A stretch of DNA of 37,770 nt from a virus (taxonomy: Duplodnaviria; Caudoviricetes), in the IMG/VR virus record IMGVR_UViG_3300043580_000085, positions 1-37,770 of that record, one strand, 5' to 3'. A model generated the notes under the pieces. It was not told where the DNA came from. It was given only the letters and a program-made list of their open reading frames with translations, and searched no databases. Numbering within the stretch: position 1 is the first letter of the stretch; each line of letters starts with the position of its first letter. A program made the position numbers and the translations under genes. Positions 25,760-32,733 of this stretch are shown one piece after another.

Positions 25760-27307
25760 GTGTCTAAGTTCAATGTCGCCGCGGCAAGGCCGGCGGCGCA
25801 GTCGCCGATCGTCACCGAGGTACACGCGTCCGGCCTCACCCACGAAGGGGCGCCAGGATACGCCCGCGACGCCAAGAGCGAGCTATTCCTGCTGGCTGTC
25901 GCGAACATGGTTGCCGAGAACACCTTCTACGAGCGGGCCGACGCCCGCAACGAACGCTACGAACGGCTCGTGGCCCAGGTGGCGTTAGAGGACCAGGACT
26001 GGACGGCAAGGTTCCTGGGCTGGCTACGTGCCGAGGGCAACATGCGGAGCGCATCTCTGGTCGGAGCGCTGGAGGCCGCTCGGGCACTCCTGGCGGCCGG
26101 CAAGCCAGGCTCGCGGCAGATCGTCAAGTCGGTACTTCGCCGGGCAGACGAGCCAGGCGAAGCCCTGGCCTACTGGACGTCCCGGTACGGCCGGGCCATC
26201 CCCAAGCCTGTCAAGAGGGCCATCGCCGACGGCGCCACCGCCATGTACGACGAGTACAGCCTGCTCAAGTACGACACCGGATCGAAGGGCTTCCGTTTCG
26301 CAGACGTCCTTGAACTGACCCACCCAACACCCAAGGCGCCGTGGCAGGGCGCCCTGTTCGCCTGCGCCCTGGCTCGCCGGCACAACCGCGACCAGGCGTG
26401 CGCCGAGTCGCTGAGCATGCTCGCCGCGAACGCGCAGCTTCGTGCGGCTGCAGACACAGACCCGGGCGTCATGCTCAACCCTGCCGCCCTGAAGTGGGCC
26501 GGGATGACGTGGGAAGACGCGCTGTCGCTGGTCGGATCGAAGGTCGACAAGGCCGCGCTCTGGTCGGCGCTCGTACCGTCCATGGGCTACATGGCGCTGC
26601 TACGAAACCTGCGCAACTTCGACGAGTCGGGAGTCCCCGACGGGGTCGCGGCTACGGTCGCGGCGCGACTGGCCGACCCGGAGCAGGTCGCGAAGTCGAG
26701 GCAGTTCCCCTTCCGCTTCCTCGCCGCATACCGTGCAGCGCCCTCACTACGGTGGGGCCATGCACTGGAGTTGGGCCTGACCGCGTCACTGGCGAACGTG
26801 CCCACATTGGACGGTCGGACACTGATTCTTGTTGACCTGTCCGGATCGATGTGCGACTACGCCGGCGGACGCAACTCGGACATGTCCCGTGCCGATGTGG
26901 CGAAGGTGTTCGGCGCCGGACTGGCCATGCGGACCGACCCGACTTTGGTGTGGTTCGACACCAGCTCCGGCCGGGTCGACGTGCCTAAGGGCGGCTCGCT
27001 GCTCAGGCTGATCGAGGCGTTCCCGCGTGCCGGCGGCGGTACCTATACGGCGGCTGCGGTGCAGCGCTGGTACGCCGGGCACGATCGGGTCGTCATCGTC
27101 ACCGACGAGCAGGCCCACGGCGACGGCGACGTGACCGCTGCGGTACCAAAGCATGTGCCGGTCTATACCTGGAACCTGGCCGGCTACCAGCACGGACACG
27201 CACCGTCAGGTCTCGGTACCCGCCATACCTTCGGCGGCCTGTCCGATGCGGCCTTCCGGCTGATCCCGCTGCTGGAGTCCGCGGGCAAGGCAGGTTGGCC
27301 GTTCTGA
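25760..27307 (+). CDS. rsr: Ro60/Rsr (TROVE + vWA) RNA-binding protein
   Basis: THEGAPGY..D.KSELFLLAV, RADEPGEALAYW, MGYMALLRNLRNF, SRQFPFRFLAAY; MIDAS DLSGSM...GGT...TDEQ. Confidence 0.92.
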   Translation: MSKFNVAAARPAAQSPIVTEVHASGLTHEGAPGYARDAKSELFLLAVANMVAENTFYERADARNERYERLVAQVALEDQDWTARFLGWLRAEGNMRSASLVGALEAARALLAAGKPGSRQIVKSVLRRADEPGEALAYWTSRYGRAIPKPVKRAIADGATAMYDEYSLLKYDTGSKGFRFADVLELTHPTPKAPWQGALFACALARRHNRDQACAESLSMLAANAQLRAAADTDPGVMLNPAALKWAGMTWEDALSLVGSKVDKAALWSALVPSMGYMALLRNLRNFDESGVPDGVAATVAARLADPEQVAKSRQFPFRFLAAYRAAPSLRWGHALELGLTASLANVPTLDGRTLILVDLSGSMCDYAGGRNSDMSRADVAKVFGAGLAMRTDPTLVWFDTSSGRVDVPKGGSLLRLIEAFPRAGGGTYTAAAVQRWYAGHDRVVIVTDEQAHGDGDVTAAVPKHVPVYTWNLAGYQHGHAPSGLGTRHTFGGLSDAAFRLIPLLESAGKAGWPF

Positions 27308-27310
27308 CAC

Positions 27311-27331
27311 GACACGCCGTCTGACCAGCAG
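27311..27331 (+). repeat. 21-bp direct repeat, copy 2
   Basis: Exact copy of 25432-25452. Confidence 0.9.
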
Positions 27332-27462
27332 CGATAACAATTCAGGCCAGATCATGATTATGGTTTAGCCGAGCGCCAAGTCCATGCCCCGGGTCGGTAT
27401 GCAGGTGCACGTGGACTTGGCAGCCGTAAGCGCGATGCCCCGGGCCTACCCCGGAGCACCCA

Positions 27463-28185
27463 ATGCCAGGAAGACTCGCGGTTACCCTTGCCGCCCTTGT
27501 GGCGAGCCTGAGCATCGCAAGCCCCGCCCACGCGGCGACTGTGCCACCCCCCGGCGCAGTCGCCGCGTTTTCCGTGTCAGCACCGATGAGGGAATCAATC
27601 AATCAAACCCTCATGGCTGCCAAGGCTGCCAAGGCTGGCACCTACACCGTGGTCCGCGGCGACACCCTGTCCCGGATCGCGGCCCGGCACTGCGGCCACG
27701 CGGCGGCCTACCCTGCTCTGGCCGCCGCGTCCGGTGTGGCCGACCCGAATCTGATCTTCCCGGGCCAGCGGATCACCCTGGCCTGCGCCGGCGCCGCGGT
27801 CACCACGGCCGCGAAGACGCCCGCCAAGCCGGCCCCGGTGCTCGCCAGCGGCTCGGCGGGCGCCGTCGTAGCGTACGCCCGGGCCCAGGTCGGCAAGGCC
27901 TACGTGTGGGGTACAGCCGGGCCCAGCACCTTCGACTGCTCCGGCCTGGTCATGGCCGCCTACGCGCACATCGGCATCAAGCTGCCCCACCAGTCGGAGT
28001 CGATCCTGGCCTACGGCCGCTCGGTGTCCCGCGCCAATTTGGCCCCCGGCGACATCCTCTGGCCCTACCATGGCCACGTGTCGATCTACATCGGCGACGG
28101 CAAGGTCGTCGAGGCAGCCACCCCATCTCAGGGCGTCAAGGTGTCGACGATCTACGCCTTCATGACCGCACGGAGATTGGTCTGA
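27463..28185 (+). CDS. Secreted LysM + NlpC/P60 peptidoglycan endopeptidase
   Basis: Signal peptide ending AHA; LysM YTVVRGDTLSRIA...PNLIFPGQ; YVWG..GPSTFDCSGLV...GHVSIYIG. Confidence 0.9.
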   Translation: MPGRLAVTLAALVASLSIASPAHAATVPPPGAVAAFSVSAPMRESINQTLMAAKAAKAGTYTVVRGDTLSRIAARHCGHAAAYPALAAASGVADPNLIFPGQRITLACAGAAVTTAAKTPAKPAPVLASGSAGAVVAYARAQVGKAYVWGTAGPSTFDCSGLVMAAYAHIGIKLPHQSESILAYGRSVSRANLAPGDILWPYHGHVSIYIGDGKVVEAATPSQGVKVSTIYAFMTARRLV

Positions 28186-28186
28186 T

Positions 28187-28635
28187 GTGAGGTACTTCTA
28201 CGATACCGAGTTCCTGGAGGACGGCCGGACCATCGATCTGATCTCCATTGGCATCGTTGCCGAGGATGCCCGGGAGCTGTATCTGGTCAGTGAAGATATC
28301 GAGTCCGATCCACAGCTATATGAGCGCATCGGCCGCCACAAGTGGCTGATGGAGAAAGTCGTACCCAGCCTGCCGCTGCGGGCGAAGGATCCTATAACAC
28401 AACCGCATGCGCAGTACGCCGGCAAGTTCTACTTGGACGCCAGGGACAACCGGGTGGTGAGTCGACGGTTCATCCGTAATGCCGTGCGAGACTTCCTACT
28501 GGCCGATGACTCGCCTGAACTCTGGGCCGACTACGCGGCTTATGACCACGTGGTCCTTTGCCACACAACGCCCTGGCCGACGCCCGTCATGTCAAGGTCC
28601 TGTACGACCACCTGACCGCAAGGAGACTCGCCTGA
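28187..28635 (+). pseudogene. DEDD 3'-5' exoribonuclease (RNase AS/Rv2179c-like) with internal deletion and frameshift
   Basis: RYFYDTEF...LISIG...YDHVVLC in the main frame; final catalytic motif HNALADARH only in the shifted frame 28564-28635, with the usual intervening segment absent. Confidence 0.75.
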
Positions 28636-28636
28636 C

Positions 28637-28960
28637 ATGGCTGAGCTGACCACTGACCCTCAGGACCCGCGCCTGACGCACGGCGCGGAGTCCCTCGACG
28701 GCCGCCCCGTAGCGCAGGCCCCCGTCTACCTGGTGCTATCGGAAGACGAGCGAGCCAGGGGCTTCGTCCGTCCGGTCCGGCGGTCCTACGCGCACAGCGT
28801 TTGTGGCACAGAAACCACGATGAGCCAGGCCATCGCCGAGACCTACGCCCGTGAGCCGGGCTTCTACGGAGCCACCTACTGTGTGAACTGCCAGATCCAC
28901 CGCCCGGTCGGCGAGCGCGGCGAGTTCGTCTGGGATGACGGAACGAAGGTAGGGACATGA
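28637..28960 (+). CDS. Conserved phage hypothetical protein, probably Zn-binding
   Basis: AAGGAG RBS; H..CG...T.M...AETYAR.P.FYGATYC..C..H. Confidence 0.75.
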   Translation: MAELTTDPQDPRLTHGAESLDGRPVAQAPVYLVLSEDERARGFVRPVRRSYAHSVCGTETTMSQAIAETYAREPGFYGATYCVNCQIHRPVGERGEFVWDDGTKVGT

Positions 28961-29172
28961 ACGTCGAAGGTCGCCACCCAGGAGTTGCCGGCATCGCCCG
29001 CTACTTCGTCTATGACCACCTGCCCGCGCATCTACAGGCAGTGAGCAAGGAAGCCCACGATTACGCCGCCAGCATGGTTGCGCAGTTGCCGGACGGGCCC
29101 GAACTGACGGCCGGACTGCGCAAGCTTCTTGAGGCCAAGGATTGCTTCGTCCGCGCGGCGCTCGACGCCTGA
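28957..29172 (+). CDS. Small helical-hairpin protein (71 aa)
   Basis: ATGA coupling; YDHLPAHLQ...PELTAGLRKLLEAKDCFVRAAL. Confidence 0.75.
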   Translation: MNVEGRHPGVAGIARYFVYDHLPAHLQAVSKEAHDYAASMVAQLPDGPELTAGLRKLLEAKDCFVRAALDA

Positions 29173-29201
29173 GCGGTAGGATCACGTCTGATCCAGGGGA
29201 C

Positions 29202-29247
29202 AAAAAAGGCGCCGCACCCGACCCCCTCTCGGGGTAGGTGCGGCGCC
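29202..29247 (-). terminator. Intrinsic terminator between convergent operons
   Basis: GGCGCCGCACC/GGTGCGGCGCC stem with A6 on its left (U6 on the minus strand). Confidence 0.8.
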
Positions 29248-29261
29248 TCTGTCGCGACCAG

Positions 29262-29444
29262 TTACGCGTCTACCTCTCGCATGTACGCAGCGACCTTTGC
29301 CGCGCGTACCTCGGGCCCCATCGACTCGTACAGGTCGCGCAGGGTCATCGAGTCGGGCTCGGCCTTCATGGCGGCGTAGACCACTTCGCGGGCGTCCATC
29401 CATCCGGCTTCGTAGCCGTACTCGGCATTGTTTTTGGCGGCCAT
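29262..29444 (-). CDS. Small hypothetical protein (60 aa)
   Basis: GAGAGGAAGGG RBS before ATG at 29444; last gene before the terminator. Confidence 0.65.
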   Translation of the reverse strand: MAAKNNAEYGYEAGWMDAREVVYAAMKAEPDSMTLRDLYESMGPEVRAAKVAAYMREVDA

Positions 29445-29469
29445 GGTGGGCCCTTCCTCTCTCATCCGG

Positions 29470-29478
29470 TGCTAAGAT
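29470..29478 (+). promoter_or_regulatory. Extended -10 promoter (TGcTAAGAT) upstream of the CRISPR-like unit
   Basis: TGn-TANNNT ending 10 nt before repeat 1. Confidence 0.4.
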
Positions 29479-29488
29479 CCTGGGTGTT

Positions 29489-29570
29489 CTACTCCCCGCA
29501 TGCCGCGGGGATGATCCTTGTTTGGTAGGCCCCGCAACGGCGGTGCCCTGCGCTCCCCGCCGCTGCGGGG
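29489..29570 (+). CRISPR. Degenerate type I-E-like mini-array or solitary repeat (repeat - 32 nt - partial repeat); no cas operon
   Basis: CTACTCCCCGCATGCCGCGGGGATGATCC (29489-29517) resembles actinobacterial I-E repeats; GCGCTCCCCGCCGCTGCGGGG starts at 29550, 61 nt later. Confidence 0.55.
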
Positions 29571-29571
29571 C

Positions 29572-29612
29572 TTGTGGGGGCTAGTTCACTTCGGTTGAGC
29601 TAGCCCCCACAA
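29572..29612 (+). terminator. Long stable hairpin with cUUCGg tetraloop
   Basis: TTGTGGGGGCTAGTTCA / TGAGCTAGCCCCCACAA arms around CTTCGG; no U-tract. Confidence 0.5.
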
Positions 29613-29634
29613 CCATCTGCGGCCGGGGGGGCCG

Positions 29635-29970
29635 TTAGGGCGCGACTACGGCGGCCTCGATCTCCTCGAACCTGGCCTCCACCGCCGCCCACGCCTGATC
29701 GAAAAGGTCGGCCATCGCGTCGCTATCGGGGAGGGAGTCGACGTCATCGATGTCGATCAGGAATTCCGAAGTGGCCGGTAGCCAGGTCGCGCCGACCGCG
29801 GCCAGACGCTGGTCCACCTCGATGCACATTGCGTCCATGAAAGCCGCCAACAGCGCATCGGTCTGAGCCTCGGTGTACTCGCCGCCATTGATGTACCCGA
29901 GGATCCCATCTGCGGTCTCCTGGTGGCTGAATTGCGAGCCGTACGTGATGGATGTAGTCGTGCCGCTCAT
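29635..29970 (-). CDS. Small, very acidic hypothetical protein (111 aa)
   Basis: GAAGGGAA RBS; many D/E and almost no K/R. Confidence 0.75.
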   Translation of the reverse strand: MSGTTTSITYGSQFSHQETADGILGYINGGEYTEAQTDALLAAFMDAMCIEVDQRLAAVGATWLPATSEFLIDIDDVDSLPDSDAMADLFDQAWAAVEARFEEIEAAVVAP

Positions 29971-30046
29971 CTTGTTTCCCTTCGTTGTGTTGTCGGCCTG
30001 ACGGCCACGGCGTGGGCTCGGATTGCGCCGAGCCCCACCGGAGGTG

Positions 30047-30253
30047 TCAGGACTGGTGAGTGGCGTCGTACAGCCGATCGGCCTCGTCGGAGAGGGGGCG
30101 CCAGATTTTGTCGATGACGAGATTGCGCTGCTCTTTCGGTAGCTCCTGGGCCAGCTTGTAGACGCAATGCGTTGCGTCGTACCAGCCTGAGTTGACCCCC
30201 AGCTGGTGGTTCTTCTCGATCTGCGCCAGCTCTTTGTCTTCGGAAGTGCTCAT
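30047..30253 (-). CDS. Small hypothetical protein (68 aa)
   Basis: GAAGGGAA RBS before ATG at 30253; first gene after the leftward promoter. Confidence 0.7.
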   Translation of the reverse strand: MSTSEDKELAQIEKNHQLGVNSGWYDATHCVYKLAQELPKEQRNLVIDKIWRPLSDEADRLYDATHQS

Positions 30254-30290
30254 GTCGATTCCCTTCGTTGTGAGGCCTTGCTTTTCTGTT

Positions 30291-30345
30291 GTACCCAAAG
30301 CTTAGCACGGTGGGTACCCACCGTCAAGGGGGGTGGGTATACAGT
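30291..30345 (-). promoter_or_regulatory. Consensus-like leftward SigA promoter with palindromic operator
   Basis: Minus strand TTGACG-17 nt-TAAGCT (30327-30299) with TGn; perfect palindrome ACGGTGGGTACCCACCGT at 30307-30324; further half-sites at 30291 and 30332. Confidence 0.8.
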
Positions 30346-30351
30346 GATGCC

Positions 30352-30531
30352 ATGCCCACGAAGGGAACACCCAAGCAGACAATCCGCGTCGACCCGGATC
30401 TCTGGGCCCGCTTCGGCGACGCCGTCGGCGACCGTGCTCACGCCATCCGGGCCTTCATGTCGTGGACGCTGCGAGAGGAAGGCGGCAAGCTGCCAAAGCG
30501 GCCGCCGGCGAGAGGACGAGACGATGAATGA
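30352..30531 (+). CDS. Ribbon-helix-helix regulator (probably leaderless)
   Basis: TPKQTIRVDPDLWARFG...RAHAIRAFMSW; TACAGT -10 box 6 nt upstream of the ATG. Confidence 0.75.
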   Translation: MPTKGTPKQTIRVDPDLWARFGDAVGDRAHAIRAFMSWTLREEGGKLPKRPPARGRDDE

Positions 30532-30877
30532 CCTTGTGACCTGGCTACGCGCCCAGATCGATGAGGATGAGCGGATGGCGAGATCCTGTCGCCATCAGGT
30601 CTGGACCCGCGACGGCGGCATGATCATCGCAGATCACGCCACAGAAGAGATCGTCGTCGATTGGGTGTATTGCGAGGGCGCGTGGGACCACATCCCTCGC
30701 TGGGATCCGGCCCGCGTGCTGGGCGAGGTTCGTGCCAAACGTTGGCTCCTTGACGAGATCATCGGGGAGTTGGCCGACGACAGCGAGTCAGTGATGGATC
30801 GGCTTCGCCTTCAGCACCTCGCCCTCCCGTATGCCGACCGCGAAGGCTACGACCCGTCCTGGCGGCCAGAGGAGTGA
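30524..30877 (+). CDS. DUF6221-like protein
   Basis: DLVTWLRAQIDEDE...HIPRWDPARVLGEVRAKR...LALPYADREGYDPSWRP. Confidence 0.75.
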   Translation: MNDLVTWLRAQIDEDERMARSCRHQVWTRDGGMIIADHATEEIVVDWVYCEGAWDHIPRWDPARVLGEVRAKRWLLDEIIGELADDSESVMDRLRLQHLALPYADREGYDPSWRPEE

Positions 30878-31009
30878 CGAGGCACATTCAGGTCTGCCTG
30901 ACCTGCACCCGAATGACCCATGCAGCCGGGCCTATCTGGATTACCGGCCAGATCCGGCCGGCCGTTCGGCCAGTGGCGATCAGGACATCGACCCGTCACC
31001 CTCAGCGGA

Positions 31010-31489
31010 ATGACAGAGCCAAGCTTCACGCTGTCCTCAGTCCTTCCCGCGCCACAGTCGAAGCCTCGGCGCCGCTGGGTTCGCTGGATGCTGATCGCGC
31101 TGGCCTTCCTCGTGCTACTGATCAGCGGCGGCGCGATCGGCGCCGGCGCCTACTTCACGAAGAACAATCCGCGGGATCTGATGGCTCCGAAGCCCACCGA
31201 GTTGCGCACCGCGTATCTGTCCTGCGGCTCCACGGGCGAAATCTCCGACGGCGACCGGACCCTGTACCTGGATATGGCAGGCTCTCAAGACGGCTCCGGG
31301 AACCTCAGCGTGACGCAGGTGCAGTGCATCCTGCGGGCACTGAAGACACCCGACTACGTGATGCGCGAGATGGCCTCCACCCGGGCGTTAGACGGCCGGC
31401 AGAGCGACACCTGGGCCGACTTCAGCGCCTCCTGGTCCTACCACCCGGACAGCGGGCTCGACGTGCTGATCCGCCAGGTGAACGGCTAG
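31010..31489 (+). CDS. Single-pass membrane protein with exported domain
   Basis: Basic patch plus TM helix; TRALDGRQ...WSYHPDSGL. Confidence 0.7.
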   Translation: MTEPSFTLSSVLPAPQSKPRRRWVRWMLIALAFLVLLISGGAIGAGAYFTKNNPRDLMAPKPTELRTAYLSCGSTGEISDGDRTLYLDMAGSQDGSGNLSVTQVQCILRALKTPDYVMREMASTRALDGRQSDTWADFSASWSYHPDSGLDVLIRQVNG

Positions 31490-31677
31490 ATCCGCCCGCG
31501 GATCACCGGGATCTGCATGGGCGGCGCTTTCGGCGGCGGGGCCGCGCAGTAGTACGGCTCCGGGTTGAGATCCTGCGCCACCAGGTCGGCGAACACCCAC
31601 CCGGCCAGGTCTTCGAGTCCAGAGTCTTCGCCGGACGCGGCCCAACGCCTGATCGCCTCGGTCAAGAGCAGACTCAC
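31486..31677 (-). CDS. Small hypothetical protein (63 aa)
   Basis: AAGGGG RBS before GTG at 31677. Confidence 0.45.
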   Translation of the reverse strand: MSLLLTEAIRRWAASGEDSGLEDLAGWVFADLVAQDLNPEPYYCAAPPPKAPPMQIPVIRGRI

Positions 31678-31889
31678 GGTCGCCCCCTTGGGTAGGGCCC
31701 GGCCGTACGGAGACAGGTCACGTACGGCCGGGTGGTGCACTGCCCCCGGACAGGGCGGGGGCTCTAGACCGCGGCGGGGAGGCCGTAGTGGCCTCGACCC
31801 CGCCGCGGGGTGTCGGGCGCGGCCAGCTACTGCGGTAAGCCCCCGCGCCCGACTTGTCTCCGAAGGGTGTCTAGCCGGAGGAGACCATT

Positions 31890-31920
31890 CCAGCATTGCT
31901 AGTAATGCTGGTAATGTCAA
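31890..31920 (-). promoter_or_regulatory. Leftward promoter with inverted-repeat operator, candidate GntR site
   Basis: Minus strand TTGACA (31920-31915); CCAGCATT-N6-AATGCTGG inverted repeat; divergent from the GntR gene. Confidence 0.5.
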
Positions 31921-31986
31921 GGTTGGTCTTGAAGTTGGGGAGGTGATCGTGTGGACTCGGATGGTCTAGCCGGGAGCACAGCCACC

Positions 31987-32247
31987 ATGTCCGAATCGTT
32001 CTACCGCCGCATCATGATCGACATCAGGGCCCGCATCGCCGCTGGCGAGTGGCCGCCAGGTTCCAAGCTGCCCTCGACTGCCGAGCTGGTGGAGTTCTAC
32101 CGGGCCCGACTCGTGAGCGAAACCCTGACCAGCGCCACCGTGCGCCACGCCGTATCGCTGCTGATCGAGCTGGGAGAGCTTCGTGGCCAACAGGGGCTCG
32201 GCGTGTTCGTGCCGGAGCACCCTACTAGCAAGGATGACAATCCATAG
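31987..32247 (+). CDS. GntR-family winged-HTH regulator (DNA-binding domain only)
   Basis: YRRI..DIRARIAAGEWPPGSKLPST.EL...TVRHAV..L...G...GQQGLGVFV. Confidence 0.85.
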   Translation: MSESFYRRIMIDIRARIAAGEWPPGSKLPSTAELVEFYRARLVSETLTSATVRHAVSLLIELGELRGQQGLGVFVPEHPTSKDDNP

Positions 32248-32352
32248 GTAGCCGACTGGTTGCTCACTGTATCCATTCGGTGGGTCACTACCGGATGGTG
32301 AGGCGGAGTAGAACAGACATCCTCGGGGCTCGCCCAAACCCGTGGAGGTGTC

Positions 32353-32730
32353 ATGACTCAATCAAGGCGCGCCGGCTCAGGTGCGCCGAACCTGGACCGG
32401 ACGCTACTGGTCACGCTGCTCGTCGTCACCGTCGCGGTCGTCGCGGTCTACGTCGCACTAGTGGCTGCCGGCGATCCCGTACTTCCACCCCCGTTCAATC
32501 TGATGATCTTTATCGGTCTAGCGACCGGCATCATCGTGCTAGTCGCCCGGATTGTCGCCATGGACGTCGTGGAGTCAATCGACAAGATCGATCGGCGGAC
32601 GCGCATGCAATCCGGCGAACTTCCCCTCATGTACCACCCGTCGCCCGGACCCCGCGACGAAGACGTATTGCCCTCTCCGGCCACCGTGGCGGCGATGCGT
32701 CGACTGGCGCGAAGGGTCACAGACGACTGA
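32353..32730 (+). CDS. Membrane protein (2 TM)
   Basis: GGAGG RBS; two hydrophobic helices. Confidence 0.7.
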   Translation: MTQSRRAGSGAPNLDRTLLVTLLVVTVAVVAVYVALVAAGDPVLPPPFNLMIFIGLATGIIVLVARIVAMDVVESIDKIDRRTRMQSGELPLMYHPSPGPRDEDVLPSPATVAAMRRLARRVTDD

Positions 32731-32733
32731 GCT

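Noticed and set aside
27340-27462. c-di-AMP (ydaO) riboswitch upstream of the NlpC/P60 gene
   Set aside because: The expected conserved elements (GAAUC, GGGGGA, CCCGUCAGCUAAC-like) are not visible
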